NCBI GenBank assembly: GCA_964187785.1
Contig: OZ076409.1
Location: 60,762,001 to 60,826,000 of the forward strand
Source: Amphiscolops sp. MND2022
Lineage: Eukaryota
Reading direction: 5' to 3'
Length of the DNA stretch: 64,000 bases
In this document: positions 25,723-38,215 of the stretch, piece after piece
Position numbering within the stretch: the first letter of the stretch is position 1
Layout: each line of letters begins with the position of its first letter
The notes under the pieces: generated by a model
Databases searched by the model: none
Seen by the model: only the letters and a program-made list of their open reading frames with translations
What the model was told of the DNA's origin: nothing
Position numbers and translations under genes: made by a program

Positions 25723-26366
25723 CAGTACTGTGATTAAGAAATCGTCCCCCTATGCGCTGAGCGTCGTTATCAACCAATTAAAATTGCCTATTTGCTCTAA
25801 CTTTCAAGTGAAATCTCATGTACAGAAAGAACGCTTTTGTTATTTTCCTAGTTTCGGGCGGGTTTTTGAAAAAAAAATTAAATTCAACGGATTCTGCAGG
25901 GTGTCTAGAATTTAATGGTATATTTTTTGTTTCAAAAACATTCTAAATGGAAAAACAATCGCACCTTTTCTCCGTGAAACATTATTTTCCTATCTTAATA
26001 CATGTTAATCGACGAAATTTTACCTTTCGAGTATGATATTTTGAAAACTGTTGATAATTTTGAAATCAAAATACATCTATAGATTCAGTAGATTTGTGCG
26101 AGCTGATTGATCATAAAACATGCCAAAAAAACTGGTGCAAAACCGTTCAAAAATTGGAAAAACGGCAAAAAACCCAATTTTGCACAAAATTAGCTGTTTG
26201 TAACTTTCTCAATTTTTGTCTCAGAATTTAAAAAATACTACTAGTAATATAAACTAGATGAAATTCTAAGAAACTTTTATCGCAGACGTTTTTCAAAACT
26301 TTCAATCGATGTCGAGAACATTGAGCCTAAAATCAGACGGGGGACGTTTTCTCAATCACAGTACTG
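25723..26366. mobile_element. Tc1/mariner-type MITE (copy created by the tandem duplication)
   Basis: Same TIRs, TA flanks and flanking DNA as 23140-23782. Confidence 0.85.
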
Positions 26367-27624
26367 TACATCATGAAGCTTGTTTGGATCTTCATTTCTG
26401 CAAAATATACTAATAGAAACCCATTTAAAATGTATCAAAACTTTTTATGTTCTCAAAAAACAACGGTTTCGGAAAAAAACTGTTTCAGAACAACGTTTGA
26501 ATTATATTGGATTATACTTTTTCTACCCTTTGCCATATGGAAAAAGAAAATTAATCTCTCCCTAATTTTGTCATGTCTCAATTTCATACTCAAAAAATAA
26601 AGTTTCTTCCACAGAATTTGATGACGAAAAAGAAATTAGGTTCGTAGCATAAGCATTTTTGGAAATTTTTGAAACAAGTACCGCAGAAAATGCTGAAAAT
26701 GTGTGCAATTTTTCAACGTTGCCAGTTGTATATAATTTTTGAACGTTATTGTGAGTTTGAATAGCCACAGAGCTCGACTACAAAATTTTCAGCTCCTCAG
26801 TATACCATTTTCATGAAGAAATGTTTTCGAAAGTTTTTTGAAGTGTGGCTCAAATGAACTTTAAAAAGTGTCACAAATTTCAATCTTTTCGTGTAATTTT
26901 TGAACGTTTTTGTTCTTCGTGGGCAATCCACCTTCAAGAAAATGCTGTTGCTTAATTAATCCAGGACAGAAAATATCCCGTTGCTCAGCGGGCGTTTTAC
27001 GAAGGTAAGCTCTTCATGATATGTTACTGAATATGTTATTGCTTTGTCTTCATCAATATTGGTTAGGTTTTTTATACTGTTTGTTTGCTCATGCTGTATG
27101 TTGTATGAGGATAGAGCTGGTTGAAGCATATTGATGGATGGGTCTTTGCCTCGACATTTTCCCTGTGACGTGTTTTATACGTTTATCTTGCTTTGTTTTT
27201 TCTCTTTTCCAGATAGATGATATTGATCAGGTGTGAATTGTTATCAATCTGCTTCTACAACCTCATCGAGCGATTTTTGGTTAAGTTTATTAGCGGTAGT
27301 GTTGGAAAAATATTGTAGATAAAAATTCTAATTAACACCGGCTTCACTTTAATCCCTACTTGCACTCAATGATAAGTGTGCTATAACTCGCTCCAACTTG
27401 TCTGCTCCTACTTTCACTCTTCAACCCGTCACGTCTCGCAATCATCCCCTTTATCTCTCCCTCTGTCCTCTTATAACTCTCCGCTTATTCTTTTTCTGCT
27501 CTGCTGGGTCTTCTTTACCACTTGTTGAAACACCAGCAACTCGCGCTTATACAACCACTAATCTTCCCAGCCTGTCAAATCGCGACAGTTTACTACACTC
27601 TCAGTGAGAGCTTAAGAAGAGAAA

Positions 27625-28149
27625 AACAAGACGGGAACGTCCCAAGTCGGCGCCATATCTTAGGCTCAAAAATATTCAAGGAACAACTATTGTAAAAATT
27701 TGGAAAAAAATTTTTCAAAAAAATTATTTTTGAAATTTTTTTTCGAAAAAAAGTATTTTTTAAGTCGCAAAATGCCGAAAAACTCAAAAAAGGCCATTCA
27801 GGCTCATTAAACGTTTTCTACAAACCGAAAATTTCAAAAAAAATGCAAGGGGGTACCCTTTGATAAATTTCAAAAATTTTCGAAAAAAGTCGCATAGTGC
27901 CGAAAAAAAACCCAAAGGGGGGGCCCTTTGGTCTCACCTGTACTTTTGGAAGCATTAAAAAATTTATGGTTTAGTGCGAGAATCGAACCCACGCACTCCG
28001 GCTGGGTCGAAGATGGAAGATGAACAAATATGAAAGATGAACAAATTGTAAGAAAAGTGGACCACTCAGAGTGAGATTGTCAACTGAAAAAAAAACTACT
28101 CACTGTAAGAGTCGGGCTTTTTTCCTTAAGGGAAAAGGCGCCGACTAAA
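27625..28149 (-). mobile_element. HINE family 1, recent insertion into the second duplication unit
   Basis: Absent at the homologous site 25038-25044; ends AACAAGACGGGAACGTCCCAAGTCGGCGCC and GGCGCCGACTAAA; exact ends ambiguous within A-runs. Confidence 0.85.
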
Positions 28150-30163
28150 AACAATAGTTTGTACAAGTTTAATCATGATGATGATGACCACGATGGTTAG
28201 ATCACAGTAGACCTGAAATGGAGAAAATTTTTCATTTGCTTGTAGAACGATTAACGCATTTCGTTCTTAGAAATAGCTGGATTCCTTTTTGTGATGGCTA
28301 GGTTTTTTGGATCTTATTGAACAACACAGTCCAATTTTCGAGTAGTAGTTTTTGTTTGACTAGTACATTATTCAACTTGTGTGCGTTGGAGGAATTGTTT
28401 TTCATAAGATTTCCATTGTTGGGATGTTTTGTCGCATGTAGCGTTTTTCTGGCCTAGTGGAATTTTGTTCGCAACTACACTTGACAACGTCTTTCACAAG
28501 CTGATCAACAACTCAGTTTTTTCCGAAGTCAGTATTTTTATGTGAGTAGTTTAAATTTCGAGAATTTAATTTGGCATCAATTCTAAATTGAGTGGTGCTT
28601 TCGATGATCATATATTTAGTTTGAGAAGCAACATTTCATGAAAAACATTGTCGATCACCTTATTTGCTCAAGTAATTCACTTTTTTAAACAAAAACTGAC
28701 ATTTTGGAAACGAGGAATAGAAGGTCGGTGTCTCTGCTGAATTGCTGACCAACCTTGACCTGCCAAAAGGAGGTAACCTGAACAATAGCAATTAAGAAAG
28801 CTGGATTTAAAAAATATTGTAAAGATACAACTCAGAAGTACTATGCAATCTTCAGCTCAAACTTGTCCTGGGAACCATTTTCTGAAAGTACTGACAACTT
28901 GTGAGGTTATAAAATCGCTGAATGTTCTCATGGAATTTTGAGAAGATCTGTCTACTTTTCAAACAGACTTCTAACGAAGTTTTTCCTTGAAAATTTTATT
29001 GCTTGAATAGTGTTCAAAATTATGAAATTAGTTTTGAAAACTTCCTTTTTGAATCACATGCCACCCCTAGCTGGTTTTAAATACATGCTAAATATGTTAA
29101 AGGCCATTTTAAAATCATTCAAAAATATACCAAAGAAAATTTGAATTTTCTGAGTTGTTATTTTGGGTAAAAAATTAGCTAATAAACATAAACGGCCCAT
29201 TTTTGTTCCCGCTGTTGTATGTTTTCTAAGACACATACTACAAATATTTCGTAAGGATTCTTTTGCCTATCACGTCTCTTCTTACTAAACAGCCCTTTTC
29301 CCTGTCCGGAGCCTAATCCCGCTTAAATTATTATCACTATCCCGCAATCAGTTTAAGTGAACACTTTACCTCTTGTCTTAATCCCTTCTAATTTGTTAAT
29401 GTGTAGCACGACTAACATCTCCTAATGTCTTCTTCCCTTTGTGTTGAGAAGATTCCATTTTCTTTTTCGAGAAGTCCTCTGCGAACGAATTTAAAATGGC
29501 GCTTTTATCCAAATTAAAAGCGCTAATTGCTCACCGTTTTTTCTGGGAGAAACATGAAACAATTGATCAAATTTGCGATCGTTCGAGAAATAGCAGATTT
29601 GAGATTTCGGCAGGATTACTAGCAGCGTTAAATATTTAGTCATATTAGCTAGATTTGAGGTTCTCGGGTATCGCTTGTGTTTTTAGTCTTACCCGAATCT
29701 TATTGTGACAAGTTCTTTTGTAAGATGACAGAGCTTACACTGATTAGTTCACTTTTTCAGCATTCTTAACCTCAAGATTTAGAGAGACCAAACGGCCCCC
29801 TTTGAACAATTTTACATCAACATCAAAACTACGTAAGACCAAGCGGTCCCTATTTTGGGTTTTTGGGCCCTATGCGACTTGGTGTTTTGCAGACGCAATT
29901 TTGTGGTCTAAACTTATCTTTCAACACATATTTTTGCACATATTTCGAAGATTTTCAGCAAATATTTAATAAAATATTTCAGCAATGTTTAGCAAATATA
30001 GTTTCTGTCCCTTCATGACCTATTAAGATATATCCAATATGATCTTTTTCCTCGCATTTGCAAAGGTTTTAAACCAAGATACACAATACTCAAAAGTAAG
30101 CCATGGAGAACGCTTGTTTGGGATGAACTGTTTTTGCAAGCTGTTTATTTTACTGCGTTTCAG

Positions 30164-30313
30164 GGCAGACGAGGTTTAGGAAGCATCTATGTGTGGGCCT
30201 CTGGCAACGGGGGTGCGGCCGGCGACTGCTGCAGTGCCGATAGTCTGGTATCCTCTCCCTACTCAATAGCCATCGCGGCCCTCACCCACGAGAGCAAACC
30301 CGCATACTTCCAG
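30164..30313 (+). CDS. Kexin/furin-family proprotein convertase, catalytic-domain exon (oxyanion Asn)
   Basis: cag|GGC...CAG|gt; GRRGLGSIYVWASGNGGAAGDCCSADSLVSSPYSIAIAALTHESKPAYFQ resembles furin GRGGLGSIFVWASGNGG; phase 0-0; GC-rich. Confidence 0.95.
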
Positions 30314-30535
30314 GTACAACCACTCCAATCTGCCACACCCAACTTTCACCCTTTCACTTCCTTTCGGGGTGTGGAACTGTTACCCTTTCACTTCCCCTTA
30401 AATAAGAAACAAGGTTCAATTTCATTATGTCGACATAGTTTGCAATGAAATTGATGTCGACGTAATCCTATCTTATACATTGATTCACAGCCAAAAAGTG
30501 CTCGTTCAATTCAATGGTGGAGGAATTTATATGGT

Positions 30536-30600
30536 AGTTTGCCCAGTGGATGGAGCATTGGCTTCCGAATCAGGAGTACGGGGTTCGAATCTCGCTGGTG
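30536..30600 (+). repeat. tRNA-Arg-like Pol III head next to a HINE 3' end
   Basis: GCCCAGTGGATGGAGCATTGGCTTCCGAATCAGGAGTACGGGGTTCGAATCTC resembles tRNA-Arg(CCG); no proper acceptor stem; GCGCCGACTTGG follows at 30611. Confidence 0.6.
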
Positions 30601-30735
30601 TTAAATTTTTGCGCCGACTTGGAGCTGTTCTCGACTGGTGTTAAATTTTTGGAGCTGTTCTCGACTTGTTTTTCAATTGTTTTTTAAAACAATGATAACC
30701 AACCATAATACTAATCCATGTATGTGTTTGTATAG

Positions 30736-30840
30736 GAGACATGCCCTAGCATCCTGACGTCTGTGTATACGGGGGGTGTGAGCAAGGTGCAGATGACCAG
30801 TCTCAAGCAGGGAGGCAAAATGGAGAAAACACACCCTATG
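30736..30840 (+). CDS. Proprotein convertase exon (not in ORF track)
   Basis: tag|GAG...ATG|gtaag; ETCPSILTSVYTGGVSKVQMTSLKQGGKMEKTHPM aligns to furin EACSSTLATTYSSG; phase 0-0. Confidence 0.9.
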
Positions 30841-32141
30841 GTAAGAACACAATTTGTGTTGTCGAATGAGATAAAATTCGAAAAAAAAACGCAATTTGCA
30901 TTGATTGCACTGTAATGATTGCAGGTTTCGACATTCTTCGTTTTAATAAAGCAAAAACTTTGAAAATTGCGTTTTAGCATCCTATCAGAGGCTACTAATC
31001 AATCAATTGATTGAATTATTTGCGTGTGGCTGCTGCTTCATCGCTGTTTAGTGGTGTCAAAACTTGTTCGCAAAAGTTTTTTCAGCAACTATTCCAACAA
31101 TCGAATTCGCATCAAAATCAACAAGCTCGAAATTAGTTACAACCGTTCAAAAATATTACGTTCCTATTTTATTGTTGATATTTTTACTTGAAAAATCATG
31201 TATTTAATTCTATAATGTTTCATGGTAGTTGTTGATTTAAACAGGAATTGTTGAAAACAAATTGGGTTGACATGGGATAATGTGACGAGAATTGTAACAT
31301 GTAAAATACAACAGTAGTATATTTTTCTATGATATCAGTTTGAAATATGGGTATTTGTGGGAAGACTTTATGAGGGTAAATTGATAAGTTTGTTGATACA
31401 GAAGCGAATCTACTGCGATAGTCATAAAGGTGACCATAAAAACATAGTCACGCTGTCTCAACACAACATTGAAGGCCAATTCTGTCGTCTTATTTTTCGT
31501 TTGAATGCCTGGTTGTTTCACTCACTTGGAAATAAGTGCCTCACAGTTCAAACTTGCTGTGTGATAAGAGGCTTATGACGAAATCGAAAAGTTAAGAAGT
31601 TTCATCTGAGGAATGAACTTCATTCAGCCAAAAAATATCGGCCGATAAAATACCCCTTTTGGCGCTCAATTTGTCGTTACAGCTTTGTGGTCAAATAGTT
31701 CATGGTTCAAGCTTTCAATGATAACGTTTTCTTGAAACCTTTTAGTTATGTTGAATTTTGGGAAGCGAGACCTTGAATAGCTATAACTTCATTCTGTTTT
31801 CAACCCACTTTGAAATTTCGATTCTCGCGATTGGCAGAAAGGAAAATATTATAACCGAACTTTCATAAAATCCATTCGAATAGAACAAACTTGTTTATAA
31901 CGTTCGTTTAAATTGTATGTTAAACTTTTTTTGAAATTTTGAGAATTTTCAAAACTGAAAATTCATTTTTAGTTCTATTCGGGGTACTAGGATTTGTTTT
32001 CTCTTCAGTATAAACAGTTTTTTGCGTACAGAATTTCTATGAATTTCAGATAAGACCTTGTGGCGAGTGCATTTCATAACGCCAATTTTTGACAACTGTT
32101 TCTCATCTATTTCTACCTTCCAAGTCAGTTTGGAACCTTAC

Positions 32142-34303
32142 TTTTTAGTCGGCGCTTTTCAGTAAAGTGCTAGACTCTTACAATGGTAAGTTTTTTCGCC
32201 AGTGTTTCTGTTACGCCCACTAATTGATTAACAAATTTTATATAGCCTTTGGTCTAGCGGTTAACTCATCTTTCGAAGCCTGGTGACATGGGCTTGAGAA
32301 GCAGGAGTATGTTTGTTCAAGTCCAGGACTAAGCCAAATTTTTCTTGAGCTTGCAAATGTACAGGAAAAACTAAAGGCCCCCTTTTAAAGGTTTTTTTCG
32401 GTACCATGCCACTTTTTCTCTGACTTTTTTCACCGAAGCCCCCTTCGAATTTTAGCAAGCATAAATCCTTTGGGAGCAGAGGGCCCTTAGAGGTTTTTCG
32501 AAATGATTTTTACGCGTTTTGATTTTTTGAAGTTTTAGTTGAGGAAAACCGTTTCCCAAGTCTTAAGGGTGACATCTTTGGTTATTTTTTGGTCCTTTGG
32601 GACCGACGAGAGTTTTCTCAATTATTGCGGAGAAGACGCGTTGTTTTTTCGGCACTGTGCGACTTTTTCTCGAAAAAAATTCATTTGGTCAACGGGTACC
32701 CCGTTCACATTGACATTTTCCGCTTGATGAAAGCGTTTTGCGAAGTCCAGAGTTCTTTTCGGTTTTTCGGCATCATGAAACTTTTTCAGAAAAAAAATTT
32801 CAATTTTTTTCTATACTATGCTATTTTTTTCTGATTTTCTAATTTATGAGAAAAATTACCGAAAAATGTGAAAAGTTCATCACACAATTTTTGTTTTTTT
32901 TGAGGTTTTCTATTAAAGAAAACCGTTTTCCGAGCTTCGGTGTTCCCACTTTTTTCGGCACTAAAAGACTTCCTCCTTTTCGGCTTTGTGAGACTTTTTT
33001 CGATTTTTTTAATATCCCCAAAGGGTCCCCCTTCAATTTTTTGAAATTTTGCAACAGAATGAATGTGTAAAAAATCCCAGAGGGTCCCCTTCTTTCAGTT
33101 TTTTTGGCACCATGAGACTTCAAAATACTCAATTTTTGTTTTTCTTCGAAAATTTTTTGAAGTCTCCAAAAAGTTCCTCCTTCAGCTTTTTGATATTTTA
33201 CAACGGAATAGATGTTGAAAAATCTCAAAGAGTCCTTTTACAGTTTTCGGCGTTGTGAGTTTTTCAAAATGAATATTTTTGTCTTGAAATTAGGTTTTCT
33301 CAGGCCTAGCACGCTATATCCGAATTTTGTTTTTTAGGAGTCTGAAAAAATTTTCGACTACCGTATTTCATCGGATACAGGCCGCGACTTGTAAGTTTTT
33401 TCCGTAGTGATTTCGCGGTCTTTATTCGAAGAAACACTGTAACCTTGGTTTTTGGAATAAAACTTTCATGCTTGATGCGGCTTATATTCTGGGGCGGCCT
33501 ATTTTCGGGGGCGACTTCTATTCGAAGAAATACGGTACTTATGCAATCGTGTCGTTTTTTCTCCCGACCTTTCGTGAAAATTTCAAATTTCTCAAAAGTT
33601 GTCCATACGATTTCCATAAAATTTTTCAGTCATTCTTCACCCAAAAGGGCCCCTGCATGAGCAAAGGCATCAGAATCGTATGACTAGAATGTGAGAAACA
33701 TAGCCAAAATTAACCCAAAAAACATCCATTTTCGACTTTTGATTTTCGCAAATAATTCTACACCATTTTCTACACCATAATGTGGTCCTATGTGTGCAAC
33801 TTCAATAAATTCGTATGATTGGGATTCGAGCGAGTCAGACGGGAAAAGACCTAAGCCGACTTCTTTACTGCATATGCGGCTCTGGTTTTAAAGACCAACG
33901 TTTTTTCTATGCGACTTTTTCCTAATTTGTTTTCATTGAACCTCCCCCTCAATTTTTACTAGAAACGAAACGTTTAGCGAGCATAAAGAACTCCTTATGG
34001 TCTTCGACACTAGGCGACTTACCGGAGACATTCATTAAAAAAGTTTTCAAAAAATTTTCGAAACTTTGTTTCCTTAATTTTTCAATTTTTGAAAGGTTTT
34101 CGGTTTAGAAAGATAGGTTTTTTGCTGTATCCATTTGGAGAAAATTGATTTTCGAGTCTTATGCGCATCCCTTCGGGCATTTTTGGCGCTGTAAAATCGA
34201 TGAAAATTTAATGTCCTTTTGCATATTTAAAAAAGTTTACTTTTTTGATCCTTGAGGTTTACTTTTTTGATCCTTGAGAGGGGCGCCGTTCACGATTTGT
34301 GTT
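32142..34303 (+). mobile_element. Composite/nested HINE family 1 region with further insertions
   Basis: 5' TTTTTAGTCGGCGC...TAGACT, core units and degenerate 3' end GGGGCGCCGTTCACGATTTGTGTT; contains a MITE and a repeat (about 33540-33890) shared with about 56280-56590. Confidence 0.6.
33361..33535. mobile_element. Tc1/mariner (Tc2-like) MITE, 175 bp
   Basis: TA|CCGTATTTCATCGGATA ... TATTCGAAGAAATACGG|TA. Confidence 0.8.
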
Positions 34304-34582
34304 AAATTGATCAAGTAGTAGAAAAATTGTCCGACTCGTTAACCCTTGGTTCTCCGTATGATATTGCTTATTTGGTTTTCTTTTCAAAAGTTCGCAATTC
34401 TCTTCGCAGGTGTTTGCGAAGCACGGCTTCGCCTCTGTGTTTTGATTTGTATCATGTTCTGCATTTCTAGGTTTTTTAAAAATTTTGAAATCACTACTAT
34501 ATAAAGTCCATTTCTTTATCACAATTTAAGAACTTTGCTAGAAAAATATAATGCAATTTAGGCATGAATTTCCTCATACTTT

Positions 34583-35036
34583 AAAAACTAGCCGGGAACG
34601 GCCCAAGTTGCTGCCATATCTGAGGCTCAAAAATAGCAAAAGGACTTCAAAGTGTCAAAGTATTCTCTTCTACAGTACCCGAAAAACCCAAAAGTTGGGG
34701 GGACGCTTCGAGATTTTTCATCCATTCTGTCGTAAGTCATCAAAAAATTGAAGGGGACCCTTTGGTGAAAAAAAATTCGGAAAAAATGTCAATGCCGAAA
34801 AAAACTGAAAGGGGGACCCTTTAGTCTCGTCCAGTTTGCTATGCTAGAAAGAAACAACTCTTATAGTCCAGTTCCCTGGGCCAAAAGATACAATTTGGCG
34901 CCTTGAAATTTGTGGAACTTCTGGTAGAACTATTTTGGTCACTTCAGGTGTATCGAAAAAAAAACAAAAAAAAACACTGACGAAAAGCCATGACTATAGT
35001 CGACTCTTTTCTGAAGAAAAGCGCCGACCCAAAAAA
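34583..35036 (-). mobile_element. HINE family 1 copy
   Basis: AAAAACTAGCCGGGAACGGCCCAAGTTGCTGCC at left; AGTCGAC...GCGCCGACCCAAAAAA at right. Confidence 0.7.
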
Positions 35037-36096
35037 CGGAACTCAAATTCCCGTGTTGGTCATAAATGAAATATCTATATTCAATACCAAAAAATTCAAA
35101 CTGAACCTTGGCTTATCATTGGTTCTCATTGGTTGGCCTGCTGTTCAGGTCGAAAAAGGGACTCGCTCTTAAGGATAAATAATCCAGTGTCTCGGTGACC
35201 TGTTAAAAATACATTTGTCTTTTATTTATCGGGAAACAAGCTGCTAAAGCTATCTACGGTGTCGGAATAAATAGTTTTCTGTGATAGAGATAAGCATTGG
35301 AACTTTATTACTCTGCCATTTCTGTTTTGCGAAAAACAGTATATATTCAATGTTTGGTCTGATCAATACTGGTGCTTGAAATTTTTTGATAACTCATGAA
35401 TTTCAACTAGGACTTTTTGGTCTAGTTGTTTTCCTTTCCCCAGCGCAATGGCTATCTTGTGTGAGTTCATGAGTTCTTAATTTAATCCACGTTGCATTTT
35501 CAGTACCTCCAATCCGGATAATGGATAGTACCAACAGGTAACTTGAAAGTTGATGCGCATGTCGTGAAATGTTTTTAGTTTTACTCAGAGCATGACCAGT
35601 CATACACATCATGTTGAGTGTTGGATCTGTGTATCCACCCATTTCAATTGTTATCATTTTTATTCCTTCCTGTTTTGAATTGTGCTTTTAAAATTGATTT
35701 TTTATTATTCCACCCATTCCCTAGAAGAAACTTTAGTCATGGAGACTTTTTTGATGAATGGTTCAGTTCCTCGTCATAATTCTTGATCGTGTTCAACTGA
35801 AGCTAACTTCTGATATGCAATTAAAGTTCTTCAAACGGAGCAGGGTTAATAGTTTTTTTTTTCAAAGTTTGACCTACTTTTTCTGTGTGAATCAAAAGCA
35901 ATAATGTTGAAATAATTTTGGTTTTGGGTTTCCATGACTGTCCAATTCATTTTGTCATCATTATTTGTTCCATTGAGCCTGTTATCTGTTTTTAGTTGCC
36001 GGTTGTTCAGTTGTTTAGTTTCTCGGTTGTGTTTTGCATGATGCCACTGTTGTATATATTGGGCAATTAGCCCTAAGGACTGCTGTGGGTGTTTAG

Positions 36097-36224
36097 GTAA
36101 CTACCAACATCATGTTCAACAAGGCGAACCCAACCTCTCTCGAGAACTGTGACGAGTACTTCAGTGGCACATCGGCCGCGGGACCTCTGGGCGCAGGCAT
36201 GATTGCATTGATGTTGCAGGCAAA
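36097..36224 (+). CDS. Proprotein convertase exon with catalytic Ser (not in ORF track)
   Basis: ttag|GTA...AA|gtaagt; VTTNIMFNKANPTSLENCDEYFSGTSAAGPLGAGMIALMLQA(N) contains the subtilase GTSA motif; phase 0-2. Confidence 0.95.
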
Positions 36225-38006
36225 GTAAGTATTTTGTACTTCAAACATTCAACTACTGAAATTTTCAACCACTGCCGTCGCTCAACATGCGTATGATGTC
36301 CACACTGACCAGTTTCAATGTTGATTCAGTGTTTGGGCGTCTTGATTTTCATTTTCGGTATCACAAAAGGTCGATTTATTTGGCCACATTTTTCAATTTG
36401 TTATTGGAAATTTCGAAATCATGGAGCTAATTCATCTGTTTAGAAAAAAGTGGCAAATTTGTTAGTTTTTAATGTAAATTGGGCTTATTGTGACAAAAAG
36501 ATATACAATCAGATCTGTCATATTACTGATGAATTTTATCCCGCATCCATTATTGTCATTATCCATTGTTTTCTGAAGGAAAATCATATTTATTTATTGA
36601 AGAAAATCTGCATCCATGAAATCGTTCAGTTTTGGAAAGACCGACCTCTTGATTTTGACTACGTTGAAGTCTCACATTTCAAAAAGGGAAAATTTGAAAC
36701 TGAGATTCGGATGGTTGAAATGATTACACACTCAAGAGAACTAAGCACCCTTTTGGCTTTCAATATCTGTCTAAGTATCATATTTAATGAGTAAAAGGTG
36801 GAAAAGGTTGATAAAAATAAGTGCTGGTAGCTAAGAGGGACGGACCATCCACTTTGGCGTGATCACTCAAGTGGTGTGATCAAATCTCACACGCACCTCT
36901 CATCAAATGGACTTTCTGGCCCTTGTTTAGTTGCCAGCGCTTTGGCATTAATTATGCAAATATTTCTCGCAACATTAGTGGACCCACAGAAGTCAATTAA
37001 CAATACTTCTTCCCCCGTCGCTCTAAAGTTTTGAAAATATAAGCCTGGCTTAGTTAAGTACAACTGAGAAAACCAACCACGCACTAATGCACTAAAAGCC
37101 CTGCCTGTTGAAGGGTCATGTGGGAAAATGGGAAGGCTTCTAAAAGGTTCTTTACATTTATAAACAGTTATGACAAACCTAGGAACGGTTATGACAGTTG
37201 GAAAACGATTTTTAATGAGAAAATCTTGCATCTAGTTGAAAAAATTTTACCATTCGTTGTCTGATGCAATATATATCTATGATCAAATCGTTTGTGTGTG
37301 GGTCTTTCTGCTATGAAGCCTGCATGCGCTGAAACTACTCCGTGTAGTAACGGTGATGCAGCTTGAGCGTTCTATTAGATAACAAAGAGGTGTTTTTAGC
37401 TAACTGGAAATTTTGCTGAGAGTGATTAAACGGAAAGGCCCCCCAATGTTTTAATTTGATATTTTTTTGGTTAATACGAATTTCATTGTTTCACGAAGTT
37501 AAGCAAAAAGCATTCCGCCGGATAAATTTTTGAATTTCTAGCGTATGAAGTAACATTTAAATTTTTGGAAATATCTTCTTGAAATGCAACTTTTTGTTTT
37601 AAACTCTGGGCAACATCACAGCATATTTTGTGTTGCTCGATTCATTATGTAGTCAGCAAAATTTTTGCAAAATGTCAGCAGTGTTTGAATGGACGAATTT
37701 AGCTGACATATCAGTAAGTTAATTGCGTACGTGCATTCTAGGGAGACTCGTCTTGAAGCATTAAAAAATGCGCCATTGAATTTCAAACAAATATTGAACG
37801 ATTATCTTTTTATATTTCGGTTGTTACTTAGTATGCCTTTTATTTAGCTCGATAGAAGTAGCAATTAAGCTTGTCCAAAATGTCTTTCATTTGTTTCAGA
37901 ATTTTGTCAGCTTTTACGGATAGTATGAAATTTAGACTAGAGCAACAAAATTAATTCCTATAGTTAGAGGATATCATGAAATTGTACAGTAGGTAAATGT
38001 ATAAAC

Positions 38007-38215
38007 AAACTAGACGACAACGTCTAAAGTCGGCACCTCGTTTAAGTCTGAAAAGCGCGGAGTTTTTAAAATATGTTCAGGGCATTTTCACAAAAATCCG
38101 AAGTATAAAACTCAAAATAGCCATTGTGGTCTTTCGTGCTAAAGAAATGCTGGAGAAAAACTAGTTACCGTAATTATCGGGTACATTTTTTTTTGTAAAA
38201 TACGCGGGCTAAAAA
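38007..38215 (-). mobile_element. HINE family 1, short internally deleted copy
   Basis: AAACTAGACGACAACGTCTAAAGTCGGCAC at left; degenerate terminal hairpin ending GGCTAAAAA at right. Confidence 0.55.

Larger units (their letters stand above)
23082..28758. repeat. Tandem segmental duplication, unit 2583 bp (23082-25664; second unit 25665-28758 carries a HINE insertion)
   Basis: Near-identical sequence and ORF translations offset by 2583-2584 bp; 2 bp GA microhomology at the junction; a few SNPs and a deletion of about 16 bp distinguish the units. Confidence 0.95.

Noticed and set aside
27622..28154. Apparent 8 bp TSD AAAAACAA around the insertion
   Set aside because: AACAAG is the element's own terminus in other copies (9646, 54188, 61202), and the empty site has A7 rather than A5.
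30164..30313. Assignment of the convertase to PC2 (PCSK2)
   Set aside because: PC2 has Asp (GDGG) in the oxyanion hole; this gene has GNGG. No gene symbol assigned.
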